Assembly (NCBI GenBank): GCA_030390025.1
Contig: CM059437.1
Span: 81,282,001-81,346,000, forward strand
From: Squalus acanthias
Lineage: Eukaryota
Direction: 5' to 3'
Length of the DNA stretch: 64,000 nucleotides
Of the stretch, positions 47,601 to 62,600 are shown piece by piece. A program made the translations under genes and the position numbers. The first letter of the stretch is position 1. Each line of letters starts with the position of its first letter. The notes under the pieces were generated by a model, which was not told the DNA's origin, did no database searches, and saw nothing but the letters and a program-made list of their open reading frames with translations.

Positions 47601-50600
47601 ACCTTTAGACCCAATTAAGCGTCTCTAGCATTCGGCTATCTCTAACTTTAGTTGAAGGTGAACGTCTGGGGAATACGCCTGATCCAGGGTGACCCGAAAA
47701 GGGCTAGGACTAGTAATTATCCCTTCAGCAGCAGCATTTGGGGGAAATCGCCTCCCTCTATGAAGAGTCTTCACAACGTACTGTCTCCCTGACGAGTCTA
47801 CAATGGCACCGACTCATCACCCTGGGACTTGACTGTGCAGAGGTAGCTAGCTCTGGACAGACAACATGGATGTTGCTTCTGTAACCGCAAGTCACAGGAT
47901 CTGATTTGTATTGAACACAATGACTCCTGCAAGAACCTGTCCTACACTACTGTACACACTATTATTCGGTGTCTCCCAATGTCAGAGCCTAACTTAATAA
48001 ATGCTTTTCTTCTCCTTGTGAATACAATGACAAGAGGCTAGGAGAAAATAGAACAATGTTAAAACTAATAATGCAAAGTTACAGGGACTCCAATTACCAG
48101 TCTGTTGGTTCCCTCACAAGTGAGCAGTGACATGTGGAGTGTCCAGACACTCAGGCTACAGTTAGGGTGGCCACAGACACGTGCCTATTGTGTAAAATGA
48201 GCAGTGTTGCATATTTTGCATGATTTCCAAACTGATTTCTTGATCGTGTAGTCAGGAGAGATTATCATTTGAGGCAACCGTTTCACACACATCATAGCAT
48301 GAAGGATCATTTCATAAAAAAGCAAATTACTGTGGATGCTGGAAATCAAATAAAAACAGAAAATACTGGAAATATTCATCAGGTCAGGCAGCATCTGTAG
48401 AGAGAGAGAGTTTCAGGTCGATGACATTTAATCAATTCTGTCTCAAAGTGTCCTTTTCCGCAGTTCATTTCATCCTTCACCTCATCCAGCACTTTAACAA
48501 AAAACTGTCAAGGATCGTAAGCTTCAACAACTCTTGGATGTCAACGCCCCTCCGGAACCTTCTTCCCCTTCGCTTTCCTCTGACCCCATATCCTTTCTTC
48601 CAATCTCACCCTTTGCAAAAAAAATTCCCAGTTCCAATGAAAAGTCATCGACCTGAAACGTTAACTCTGTTTCGCTCTCCACAGATGCTGCCTGACCTGC
48701 TGAGTATTTCCAGCATTTTCTGTTTTTATTAAGGATCATTTCATGTTCAAATTCTCCTTCTGTTAAAAGCTCCGCTTGGACAAGTAAGATCAGGATTAAA
48801 CAGTGTAGGGAATAGCAAAACAACCACATCCTAATGGTGTGGGATGATTTAAGACTTCTGGCACAGAGCTCCCACGCACGTTTACCCAGCTCTCCGAAGC
48901 TGGAATTACCGCTCACCTCAGGGATGTCATCCATGATGTAATTGAGCCGTGCAAGAAGGCGCAAACAACTACAGATGTCGGGGTGCAAGGCTCCATACAC
49001 ATTGTTGAATAGGTTTAAAGATTCATTGAGCAACTCAAAACCTTCCTTAAGGTTTCCTGGAAACATAAAAGCATCAACAGTCAGAGCTACAAATAAGGGA
49101 GGAGATGAAAGGAGATTTAAAAAAAGCCATGATTTCTTTTAATCATCATCAACATTGGACATTGAATAATTACTTGGGAGAGGCATCAACAGGTGCCCAG
49201 GATCTAAACTTCAGCAAAAATTGGTATCTTTAGGAAAAGGTGGTTTGAAAACTGGGTGGACCAGTCACATTTTGTTGTGCATCTCCCAAGCGCATAAACA
49301 CTTGACACAGCTGTAATTTATTGTGCCATAAAATGCTCCGATGCGAGTACACACCCATAATTTCGCCCCAGGCAAGCCTCCAGTCTTTCTTGATCGTGTA
49401 GTCAGGAAGGGAAGCCGTGCAAAAGCCAAAGCTTTCCCATGAAGGCAGAGGAGAGAAAAAAAAAAATGTATTTTGAACGAGACTGCAAGTCAATCTCACT
49501 GTTATTGTGTGCCACCCCAGAACATCAATAGCAGAATCCAGGGAGGAGGCCAACTGGCTATCCTTGCCATTTCAGGCACAAAGAGAATAATTTGGTAGAT
49601 GTCCAAAATAAAGAAAGTCCAACTGTCCATTACATGGCTGTTGTTGATTTTCTTACCCTCAACCCCCTTTTTAGTACCACCAGAATTTTGAGCAGGAAAA
49701 AGCTATTAAGCACTTCAAACCATTCCCCTGTGCAGGGGTCAACCCCATCTACCCACCTTGTCACCATATCCCACATTGGTGTGCGTAGTGTGTCCCTCAT
49801 CACCAACTCACACCTTGGTCTCTCCCCCCTACTCTTTTGGCATCTTCTCTTCCTTCAAGCATTTCCCTTTCAAAATCCCTGTTGTAGTCATTGAATTTTA
49901 GCAATAATCCTCCACTTAGGTATGATCGGCACCAAAGAGGTGGGCAGAGACAGCACTTGATGCGTGTATTATAAAGGCAGTGATGACATGGTATTTCCCC
50001 TCTGTGCGACATGCATTCCCAAATCAGGTACAGCACACGTTCGATGCAGAGCAAGACTCCCTCTACACGGTTCCATATATATGCCTAAAATCTCAGCCCC
50101 AGAAAGAGTGCCCCCAGCTGTACATTGTGACATTTCCCAGAGTAGCCTTTCCTCTTTTACTCAATGCTGAGCAGTTTGGGTGTGAATGCATGCTCAGTGA
50201 GATTTGGTTTATCTGATCTAATTTTACTCTGGACCCTCATCATCTCAAAGGAAATGTCACACTCTTTCTATTTGAGCCCACTGGTGAAAGGATACAATTC
50301 TTATCCAATGTTCTACCCAATCACATAGACACTGTCCCCTCGATATAACCATGTACCTTTCTGAATTTTAGTTTGTGCGTTCTGATAAATCTTGTCAGCA
50401 TCTGTTGCCTTCACAATGATGTGCTTGAAGACAGGGAAGGTGTTGAGAATATCGTCCTCTGTGAAGGTGGGTTTGTGACGACTGTCAAAGTTATATTCCC
50501 GCAGCAGAATCTGAGAGAAAATATTCAAGAATACAATGAACAAGCTGCAACAAATCAAAAAAAGGGTTACGGCAGGCTCCTCAGATGGCTCAGCAAGTGT

Positions 50601-53600
50601 ATTTTGCGTCCGAATCATACAGACCAGAACAATCTCAAGTTTGATCCTTCATTTATGCTAGGTAACCAATTTCAGCTGGGGGAGTGGAGGGGCTACAATT
50701 GACTCAAATGCTCTTGAGATAGAGTGGGGGAGAAATGAAATAAGCCATGGTTCCTGCTCCTGATCACTATCCAGTGATCCTTGCTGGAAAGTGCATGTGT
50801 GTGAACAGGATCAGGATTAGCCGTGATCCATCAATGCCATACCAGAATAGCTTGTTCATGCTCACCGTCAAGATGCACAGATTAAGAACAGACAATTGGG
50901 TGAGGTATCGGAGAGTGACTGGCAATGTGGCACCAAATACCATTAGGAATTAGTGTCTTCAAAAAGGAGGAAACTTTCCAAAAAAGCCAAAAGAAATGCA
51001 ACTGCAGCAGAGCTCCTTAGGAGCCTGCCTGCCTGCCTGCCATGCCCATCTAAGGAGACTGAAGGAGGAATGTGTTTCTCCTTCCCCCATAAATGAAAAA
51101 AATGAAACCTACCTTTTCGGTGACACTCAAATCTAAAAAGACCTGAGTGGAGCAGGCCCAACGCCTGCTCAGGGAAGCTCAATTTCCCCGTCAGGTCTGA
51201 AAGCCGGCATTCGACTCCTCATTAGCATATGCAAGGTGCCTAATGCCGGTTCGGCTGAAAATTGTCCCGACGGCAAGCCTTAGGGCACAACACCTGCGAA
51301 ATGGGTCATGATGTGCCTGGAAAACGGGAGTAATGATGACTAATTTCCACCCCATTGACTTGCTAGGATGCGATTTCACAGAGCCAGCAGCTCTCCAGTA
51401 CTGTGCCAGAATGAGTAATCGTCACCTGCAAGCCCAGACCATAAGTGTCAGCAGACTTCGAGCCGAGAGGACGTCACAGCTTTTGCTTTTACGCAATATC
51501 TGCACAAATGCATTTTTGCATCAAGAAAGTGGGTAGAGATCAGAAGCAGCAATTTAGCGGTTTCCCACCCCACCACATGCCCAGGAGCACGGAGAACAGC
51601 TGTCTCACCCAATGCTGCTCTGGCTGATAACTTTGGAAGTAATTAACACTACCTTCATAGATCGTGATCTTTCCTATCGCCCCTTGAACAGTAGATGGCC
51701 TCCTGACATCATCTGGTGCTAAGTCGCTGATTTCAGAGACAGGAAAACACTGGCTCAGAATCTGCTCTGTAAAATTCTATGAACAACATCTCATGGGACA
51801 AAAACATTTAGCTGAAAACACAGCTTAATTACTGACTGAATGAGTGCTGAGATGGATTTTTAGTCCATTAGTGAAACACAGATGTGTGGTGGTTGCTGTC
51901 ATTGAAATTTTGTTTGATAATACTCCTGTGAAGCGCCTTGGGATGTTTTACTACTTTAAAAGGTGCTATATAAATGCAAGTTGTTGTTGCTGAAATAAAA
52001 CAGGGGCTCTTGTACACCACTGACTTCTAATGAAATCCAGTTTGTGGGACAAATTGAGATTCCCAAATTATTCCTAGCAACCACCAAGTAATTTTAGATT
52101 GTGGAATCTCAGCTGCGCCTGACCAGTATCTGCGCACGGGCACACAAACACATTCCAAACAGGGGTCCCTGGGCAGTGAACAGAAGTGGGAATCAGTTAA
52201 ATTTTCTCCTTCCTAATCTCCCCACTTAACACTGCGGTTGAGATCAAGTTGATACAGTGTCAGCTGTGGCTCAGTGGGTAGCATGCTCGCCTCTGAGTCA
52301 GAAGGTTGTGGGTTCAAGTCCCACGCCAGAGACTTGAGCAGAAAAACCTAGGCTGACACTCCAGTGCAGTACTGAGGGAGCGCTGCACTGTCGGAGGTGC
52401 CCTCTCTTGGATGAGACATTAAACCAAAGCCCTGTCTGCCCTCTCAGGTGGATGTAAAAGTTCCCATGGCACTATTTCAAGAGCAGGGGAGTCAAGGCCA
52501 ATATTTATCCCTCAAATCAGCATCATTAAAAAAACAAATCATCTGTTCATTATCACATTGCTGTTTGTGGGAGCTTGCTTCTGTGCAAATTGACTGCCAT
52601 GTTTCCTACATTACAACAGTGACTACACTTCAAAAGTACTTCACTGGCTGTAAAGCAATTTGAAACGTCTTAAAAAGGCGCTATATAAATGCAAGTCTTC
52701 CTTTTCAGCTAACACAACACAAGCCAAAAATCAAACCTGGGACATTTTTCTGATCTGTCTGGCTCAATCCCACACGGGATAGTCCAACTTTTAAGCCACT
52801 CCGCCATGTTGTACAAATTTTTCTTACTGTGCTTCTTACATCAAAATAGTGTACTGTACACTAAACTTTAGTCAATTTTACATCTATTGCAATGTTTTGC
52901 TCAGAAAATTGGATTTGTAAGCAAATTAGCTTCACCTGCGTGATGAACCAACTCAAGCAAAGCAATGGCACAGCTGTTGAGAGTAACATGCAGATGGAGG
53001 AGTCATACAGTAACGACAGGTTGTCTGTGCGCTGCATAGTTACAGTGGAAGGATTGGCAGTACCTGAATTCCAGCCTTTATACAGAACTCACGCAGCAGG
53101 GACACCTTCTGCAGACCAAACTGCTCCACCGCCTGATCAACCCCGTTACTGGAACACACCAATCACACAAACATCAGCAAACAGCTTTAGGAGAGAGCCT
53201 GGAGCATTTCAGTGACAAAGGAACACTAAACAACGGATGAAAAACATAGTTTCTCCCTTCCCACTGCCCCGAGGAATCATCAGATTTTCATCTTCCTGGC
53301 TAAGTTTTTTTTTTGTGGAAAGGTTGGCTGCATACCAAGCCAGTATCTCCCCAGACCATTCCAGTCACAGCACCTACGGTACTGAATGGAACTACTCCAG
53401 GACACCCGGACTCCCCTCCCCCTCAGGAATCACACTGGGGTGGGCTGCAGGTAAGGAGATCCAACATGGTCGGGTTTTGTTTGTGTCACTGACCCACCTC
53501 AAACTAATGGAATGTTCAGCAACCCACTCCGGAACCAGCGCCTCTCTGTAACCAGGGAGTAGGAAGGTGTCCATGACTATATAGATTGGCTCTCCTCTTC

Positions 53601-56600
53601 CTCTTCAGCAATCTTTCAGGACCGTGCTGGCCTGTACTCTGCACCCCCCCACCCCCCCACCCCCCCCCCCCCCCGAGAGTGTTCCAGCAGAACTCCCAGA
53701 TGTGAAGCAGGAGCAGTCGCACTCCACACATCAATGGACCCGACAAAAGATTAAAAACAAGTCCTTGCAGGAATTCCTTCAGCTACGCCAATGGATGATG
53801 CAGAAAGTGACTGAGGAATAAATATGTTCAAAAGGTGCCAACTGCCAGTGCCGCTACATACCAGGCCAAGGCGTAGTCGAAGCTTTCACCAGCCTCACTG
53901 TTGATCTGTTTCCACAGCTCAGTAGGAGTCAGGCTGGCCCATGCGGTGTCATTCCCAGGAATCCGCATCTTTCGCTTGCTCTTTTTCCTGCGTGATACAA
54001 GTTCATCCGGAAGCAAATGTGCAACAGGATTAGGGTAGGAGCTCAGCAAGCAGTTCAGAAAGTGACTGATGGCAGATGAGAGCGCTGATATCTCCACACC
54101 CTGGGGAGAAAAAAAAATAAAAATAAAACCTTGAAATCACATAAAAATAAATCAGAACTGAAGAACCTGCAAGAGTTAAGAAGAATGATAAATCCCTTAT
54201 AAAATGTGTCAGCCATGGCTCAGTTGGTAGCACTCTTGCCTCGGAGTCAGAAGCTTGTGAGTTCAAGTCCCACTCCAGAGACTCGAGCACAAAAATCTAG
54301 GCTGACACTCCAGTGCAGTGCTGAGGGAGAGCTGCACTGTCGGAGGTGCCATCTTTCGGATGAGATGTTAAACCGAGGCCCTGTCTGCTCTCTCATTTGG
54401 ATGTAAAAGATCCTCTGGCACTATTTCAAAGAAGAGGAGTTATCCCCGGTGTCCTGGCGAATATTTATCCCTCAATCAACATCACTAAAACAGAGTATCT
54501 GGTCATTATCTGAGCACAGAGTATGCTGTTTGTGGGAGCTTGCTGTGCGCAAATTGGCTATCGTGTTTCCTACATTACAACAGTGAGTACACTTCAAAAG
54601 TACTTCATTGGCTGTAAAGCGCTTTGAGACATCCTGAGGACGTGAAAGGCGCTATATAAAGGCAAGTCTTTCTTTTTCCTTTCACTGCCTCCCGTAGGGA
54701 GCGTTTTAATGTAATGCTGTTTGCCAGCTCTGCAAATATCCATTCCATCTGCCTCCTTCCACCAGCTCATGAACCCGCTTTTTCTAACGCATGTGCTGAT
54801 AGAGGACACTGAAAATGCAGGTTTAGGACAAATATTTGCCCAGAGCAAGAGAGGAAATACAGGATTGAAATCTAATCCACACATTCCATCTATTCAGAGC
54901 TCCACTCCAGTCAATTATTTCAACTTCCTTGAACATGGAGAAGATTATACAACGTGCCAATAAAAAGTTAACATGCAGAGTCAAGGATCGGAGTGGGGGA
55001 AATGGCTGTCAATCTCCTCAAAACAGCCAAACACAAGATATTTCCTGATGTTTCTTTTAGTCACCTTGAATTTTCTTGCCTCCTCTCCTGAAGGTGCTGA
55101 CACGTGCTAGAAAACCATTCAGTTTTGCAAAGGCCAGTAATCAGTGCCTGATCCCTTCCCCCACACATACACTTTCCAGCACACATCACTGGATAGCAAC
55201 CAGGAGCGGTGATCTGGCTGTTTCTCTGCCCCCGCCCCCCCACTCCTCACTAACTCAAAAGCCGCCAAGGCCAATTTTAATACTGCTGCTGAACTGACTG
55301 AGACCAGCTAATTCAGCACAGAACATGAATTGGACCTGGGACATTCCTGCTCTGTTGGGGGAGTGAATGAAGAATGCGTTACACCCAATGTTCCCGCTAA
55401 GGTGCACGCGCGCGCAGCCACGCAGTAATCTCAAAAGGTCCCGCGCAGGCCGCTCACCGGTTTATACAATATAAATATCGCGCAGGCGCAGAAATTTAAA
55501 GGGACCGCACCGTAAAAGAAACAGGCCGCGCAGAACAAAGCGCAGCTTACAAGGAACATTGGAACAATGTTAAGGAGTTTATTCTGTGAATAGAGGGGAT
55601 TACCTGCAGGTAGAGGACTATGATGTGCTTTGCCTGCCCGGGTGATGATTTCGCTGATTAGCAGTCTCTGCAGAAATACAAACACTCAATCTTAGATGGT
55701 GACCAGCTACTCAAGGTCGAGGATTAGAATGAGCAAACTCAGCCACTGTATTAAATTTTACAGGTATCAATCCCAGTGACCCCTTTCAGGGTCACACTTA
55801 CATCCCAAACAGACAACACGGGAGATTTATTGCTGCTTCAAAGATGAACCACCCCATCAGATGGAAAAGACCAATACCATAGAATTATACCATTGCAGCT
55901 TATTACAAAGACAATTGGCCAGGAGATAATTATTTGTTCTATTACAGATCGTCTCTTGCCCACCACTGAGATATCATTAGATAGCCACGATGCTTCAGTC
56001 TTGCGTCGTCATGTATGCAAGTACATAACCCATATATTTCCACCATATCTAATTCGCTCCCCTCCTCTTCTGAATGTGATGCCTCGTGCTGGGGTACAGT
56101 TCCACAAGCACCAGCTACCCTTTGGGACGTTGCCCGAGTGGCTCTTTCTCACGTGTAATATCAGCGAGGGGAGCATCAGAGCTGAACCCAATACGGTGCG
56201 CACGCACTCTCACTCAGGGATGCCAAGGCTGATTCGAGGGCCCCACTGCCACCTTGGCCGAGAACACAGCACAGACTGGGGTTCAAAGCTGGAATTCCCT
56301 GGTCTCTACGGCTCAGTTCCACACTATGCAGTGCAATTATGAACTGAGCCATTGGGAGAGCCCATCAGGTGTAAACTCAGGATCAATTATAGATGATGGT
56401 GGCATTTTAAGACCATATATTACACAGTTTGGTAATCAATCCTCCGCACAAAGCAATCTCTCTCTTAGTTGAATACATACCAAGATATGATCCAGATATT
56501 GCTTGTCTTGTGACTGGCTTATCACTTGTGTTATTTTACCAATGTATCGAATATTAATTCCGTATTTGTGCAGGGCATCAGTCATTGTGGTACCATCGGC

Positions 56601-59600
56601 AGGAACAGTGAGATGACTCACACAGTCTTTGATCTGGAAATCAAAAAAAGAGGGAGTTCAGTCTGTATGCCAGACACCATCTAATAGACGTCTTCTCCCA
56701 ACAGCCACATCTCCGCAATACCTCCTCCGTAACCACTTAAATGACAAACAACAGCTGTGAAAATATTCCATCCAAAAGTGCTCATTTGTTTTCAAATTTT
56801 GTGAGATCTGAGGCTGCAATCAGAACTATCTGCAGTATTTTAATCGCATTTCCCTGCTCTCTCTCCATACCCTTTAATATGTTCCTTTAAGCGTTTATCT
56901 AATTCCTCCTTAAATATCATCTTTGACTCGGATCAGTACCCACTTCTGATAAAGCATTCCACATTCCAATAAACAGTTGCATTAAAACATTCCTTCTAAC
57001 CTCTCCCTTATACTTCTAGTACTAATAAGTGGGTGATCCTGGTTACCAATTCACCAGCTGGTGGAAATATTTTTTCACCAACTATTTCACAATTTCAAAC
57101 ACTTAAATTAAATTCCCCATAACCGCTAATGCTTTAATAATAGAGCTTCAGTGTGAGGTTAAGTCTGTCACGATGATATTTTCTCATCTCCGATCTCATT
57201 CTTGTAAATCTACAATAAAAATCAGTCACTTACAAAGCTGGGAATCTGTACAGACACAAGGAAGGCTGCAATGTCCTTCATCAATCGCTTCTGAAGTTGC
57301 AGAGCCTCCTGTTCAGACTCAGGAAATCTTACATCTGCAACAAAAAGTCAATTTGGATGACAACCAACCCACTACATCTCAGCAGAGAAGCCCACCAGCT
57401 GTTACATGATGCATCAAGCGATTAAAAACAGCTTCAACCACATAATGTACAACACGCTCACAACCAATTATTTACAATGTATTCACAATAAGCCAATTAC
57501 CTACAACATGCTTGTGGTAAGCCAAATAATCTATTTTATGATCATTACATGTGATGGAATAGCAGGCCGGTTTAATGGAAATCATGGGGTCTCACAATGG
57601 TGCTAACGGGGAGTTGTACCTTCCAATGTTAGAACCAAGTACTGCGCTTTCTTTGGTGAATATTTGCGTTAGTCAAGATAAGGGATGTCAGTGATATCAG
57701 CGGTTTCAAAGGTAGATGGCACGGTTCCCCACAGTGGCACCCACCTTTAGACCAATGCCGTCTTTGACTTTTCTTCTATATCCGCTACCAACCCATTTCC
57801 CAAAAAACAGTATCTTTCCCAATTGGCATCTACTTCCCTCTCCCACAGTTGTCAAACTGTAACATCAGATTTCATCGAGTGAATAAAATAGAACCAAGAG
57901 ACACCTGGCAACAGCTTCCTGGAAGTTCAGATGGCTTGAAGAGGCCCAAAATCGCTCAAAAAATGTCAGGGGGTCATTTACTCTATATAATAAATTGTAA
58001 TATATTTAGGAAAGTGACAATGTTGCTAAGCAGAATATATACAGAGTTTCCGATTGCTTAGTGAGAAAAGGCAGATCAATTTGGCCCTGAGCTATACACA
58101 TCAGGAAAGTTTGAGATTTGAATTCTAGTCTAGCTAATCTACAGGCTACGCAATGGCGACATTATCAGCAGACATGGGATTGGCTTTCATATGGATGCTT
58201 AAGACACCGAGCTCTTGGCTCTCCACCACTTGAGTCCTCCTCCGTCTTGTCAGACTGCTTGGATCAGCCACAATTTCCTCCAGCTAAACACTGGAAGACC
58301 AAAGCAATCGTCATTGGCCTCTGTCACAAACTCCGCATCCTTGTAATGACTCCAAACAGCTCCCCAACCACTACCTCAGGCTGAGCCAAGCTGTTCACAA
58401 GCCCAGGGTCCTATTTGATCCAGAGCTTCCAGCCCCATATCTCTCAAGCACCAAAAACTGCCGACTTCCATCTCTGCAATATTATCTGCCTCCGTCGCTG
58501 CACCTGTTGAAACCCTCATCCAATGCTTTAGTCACCTCCAGACTTAACTATTCCAATAGATTTCTGGACTCTAGGGGAATCATGGGATATGGGGATCGGG
58601 CGGGAAAGTGAAGTTGAGGTCAAAGATCAGCCGTGATCTTATTGAATGGCTCAAAAGGGCTGTATGACCTACTCCTGCTCCTAATTTTTATGCTCTCTTG
58701 GCCAGCATCCCAGCCATGCCTAAACTTCAGCTCATCCAAAACCCTGCTGCCCATATCCTATCCCACATCACGTTCCACTCGCACATGACCTGCCCTTGCT
58801 GATCTGCATTGGCTCCTAGTCACCCAATACCTTAAATTTTAAATTCTCATCCTCATGTTTAAATCCTTCACACCTCCCTGTTCTTGTATTTCCAGCTCTA
58901 CAAACCCATCCCTCTCACTGAACTCTTCATTCCCCGTCCTCCATTCCTCTGACCATTGGCAGCCATGGTCCCATGTTCTTTAATTCCCTCCCTAAAGACA
59001 TCTCTCTCCTCCTTTAAGACCCTCCTTAAAACCTAACTCTTTGACCAAGTTTTTGGTCACCCTTCCCAATCTTTCCTTCTTTGGATCAGCCAACTATTTT
59101 TTTGCCTCTATGAAGCACTTTAGGATAGTTTTCTACATTAAAGGCACTATATAAATGCAAGTTGTCGTCAAAACCTTACGGCCTAAATAGCTCAGTAGCA
59201 AACAGGACCGTACATTAATCAACTGAGCCATCAGGAAACCTTGTGTAAAGAATTTCATTAAATCTTAGCATCTCCTTGAAATCAAGCCACTTTAATACAA
59301 ATCTCCACTTCCTTTTTTATTTGTTTCTCAGATGGGAGTGACACCAGCAAAGCCACATTTATTGCCCATCATTAGTTGTGTTGCTCTCGATAACTGAGCA
59401 GCTGGCCAGGCCACTTCAGAGGGGATTAAGAGTTAACCAGTTATTGTGGGACCAGAGTCACATGTAGGTCAGATTGAATAGGAGTAGCAGGTTCCCTTCC
59501 CTGAAGGATAGTAACACCAGTTGATCTTTTACAACAGCTTTCATGGGCATTTTTCCTGGTGCTAACCTATACATTACCAGATTTATTGAATTCTATTCAC

Positions 59601-62600
59601 AAGATGCCACGGTGAGATTTAGGGGTGACTCGTCCAATACCATAACCACTACACTATTGTTGCCAGATAATGATGAACTGGTTCTGATCCCAGCAGAAAT
59701 TCCATCCCAGTTGAAAGAAGAGTTCAATTCCCTGATAAGACAGGCCCTGATCCTACACAGGGTACCTAAATAATATGAGAAGATGTTATTGTTAGCTATT
59801 AATCGGTTATGCTGGCCCATAAATCAGGTCTGCCTACATATCGAGATTCAGTGACAATTCTTGGAACAAAAAAAGACAGGTTCTCAGTACAGAACATGTT
59901 CCAAAAAGAAAAGACAAGACCCTCCCAATAGGATTTGCTGGGAATACCTAAAGACTTCCTAAGGTGATACTTCCCACCTTATTACTGGGAAGTAACAGCA
60001 ACAACTGCAATTTCTTAAACCCATCAGTGCTCCCTTCAGCATCTTAAAAGCCAAACAATATTTGGGCCGAAATATTCATCGACATGTTTCTGTTAATGGA
60101 TAATGCTGCTCCAAGCGCTGTACGTTACCTGGTGAATAAACATTTGGATTGAAACGAATGTCAAAGATGGTGTCAGCGATGGAGCCCACCTCCTGACATA
60201 CTGCCTTCATTTCTTCAGCATCTCTTGTATAACCTATAGGGGGGGAAAAAAGAAAAAACTGCAGTGCAAGTTAGGACAAGGTCTCCAGACACCAGATCAT
60301 TACCACCATTATATGAGAGCATTTAAAAGACAGCAGAGTGATAGGTTAGAAAAGTGTGAATGTTAGACACACAGGCTTCAGTGTCTCATCCTCTATTTTT
60401 CCTATGTTGTTATATTACAGTGTATAGGTCCCATTAAAAGCAGTTTAAAAAAAAAACACATTAGTGCACATTTACAGAGAAATGTGCCATTGAGATCTGG
60501 CACAAAGCAGACTTGAGATGCGACTGATAAATCATTCTGAGCAATATGCACGAAAGAAACTGTCTTTGCTGGCACTCTGCAGGCAAAGTTGGCTGAATAA
60601 CTGAATGCTGGGCCAGGTGTGCCTAGGGTTTCCCACTCTGGTAAGATGTATTCCTGGACGTTTCATCACATTATGCACCCCTCCACCTCGCCCAGTCAAA
60701 CAGCCTTTCCACACCCCCACGTAAATCGGCAATATTTTTACAGCTAATAAAGTGTTCAACGAAAGAAAAAAATGCCCCAACGATTTTTCTCCTGGGTTGC
60801 TCGCAGTGGTGCCCAGGAGATTAATGGAGAGTTGGCAACCCTACGTGTGCCCAATTCCTACTGCGTCTAATATGCGGCATGATTGCAGCCATTTCAAAAA
60901 GAGGCAGTGCCATTGACAGGTGCGGACCTCCTTCCTATATTTAAATGAGTAAAATATGGTCATGCATTAAACCTAATGAGTTCAGGCACCACCAGAAAAA
61001 GTGGTTGCACAGGAGTCCTGGGCAGTTTGCTTGCTGCAGAAGGCCTCTTAAAGCAATGCGGCAATTTAATTTTTTTTTGCGTGAGTTCCTCTTCCTTTTG
61101 CTGCAATTTGCTCCATGCATTAGCTGGTTCGGCCTCTATTATTGCATTATTCTAGTTTTTATGCCTGCCACTGTGCTTTATTTTTTTTTTTCCAAACCAT
61201 TCTTGCATGCTGCTCGCTTTGAAGTCGCAACTTAAAAAGGCAAGGATGCATATTCATTTGTGGGTTCCAAATAAGCTGCTTACATGAGGAAGAGGAGTTT
61301 GTGATGCAGGTGCAACAACTCAAGACATTCTGGACATGCCCGGCCCTGAACCTGGACACGTCAGAGAACACACATTTTCACCAGCTCCACTTCACAGCTG
61401 TCTGCTGCTGCCCAATGATCTGCACGCATCTGGATCAGGGTTGGCTCTTCTCATTGTAGTGAAGATTACCACAACATGAGGTTTTTATGCTACCCTAACC
61501 TTCCAAGCCACCCTGGCATTCATCTGCCACATCAGACAGTCCACAGTGCATCAGGGAAGTGAACACTGCAATGTTTGAAAGGACCACCTTTCCTGTGCCA
61601 AAAGGCATTGGCTGAACAAAACACAGCTACCAGGCAGGCGGCAGGGTTTCCTCAGAATCACGCACGATTACCCCTGTAGGCAGCAGGGCTCTTCATTATA
61701 TGAACCCCGCCGTGGCCTTCGTCAAAAGGGTCTGCATTCATTTGGAATGTGATCACGGAAATAACACTGTGCACATCAGTGGCCATTATCCTGGGAGCAG
61801 CTGTAATGCCTTCATTGTACGGCATTTCACAGTATCTGCATTTTATGTAGAAGACTACGTGGATGGCCGTTAGGAAAACAAGGCTATCCTCGGCATCCAC
61901 GGCTGCGGACTCCACTGAGAAAGCTGCGAGCAGAGGAGCTCCTCAGCCCAGGCACCTCAACATCGGTTTACTGTTCATCAGCTGCCACCTCCACCGAAAA
62001 TCAAAAAATGTGTATCGCGGCTTCGGTGCAATGAAACAGTGCGTGCACAAGGGCAATGGTTATGCACATTGCTTGAAATGGTACATTCCAGAGGCTGCAG
62101 CAGTTCCCAGCTGAGGTGCATGCCATACTTGAGGGGTTGCAAAAAAATTGCGTGCAACAGTGATGAGCACACTAGCCTTTGCCTCCTCCTTGTACCAGTC
62201 CAATTCTTAAATTTGCAGGCAAGTAAGAGGGACCTGGATAACTGCATTGACCGAGGCAGAGACCTCCCTCAATGCAGATGGCACTTGTACTTGTACTGGA
62301 AAGTAGTCTTCAGCCCCGTAGAGGGTCATCCAGCCTCCATGTAGTGCACCTCCTGCTCCAGCATCGCCAATGCTTCAGCACCGAAGGGAGTAGTTTTACC
62401 CAAATGGTTGCATTGTGAACAATTGCTCCCATGTTTTCTGTTACCACCACAACTTCCCCTTTTATGGCAAGCAGCAGCTTTTTAAGATTTTGCGCTCCCC
62501 AACCAAGTGTGCGGTGTGCCAAGCTCTCCAGGCAAGCTTTTCCTGTGCTTGTAGTCTGTTCCAACAAGGCGCACGGCTCACAATTACAAAATCATCACAG

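Noticed and set aside
51426-51499. Apparent CLUH-like exon (DTYGL-like peptide, AG/GT ends)
   Set aside because: Wrong phase and in-frame stop; the true homologous exon is 53064-53148
52259-52330. tRNA gene (also ~54208 and ~36070-36137)
   Set aside because: A/B boxes continue into a SINE body and L2-type tail; these are SINE heads
53390-53620. Possible RTE LINE fragment (SLRWV-like peptide)
   Set aside because: Similarity too weak to call without a search
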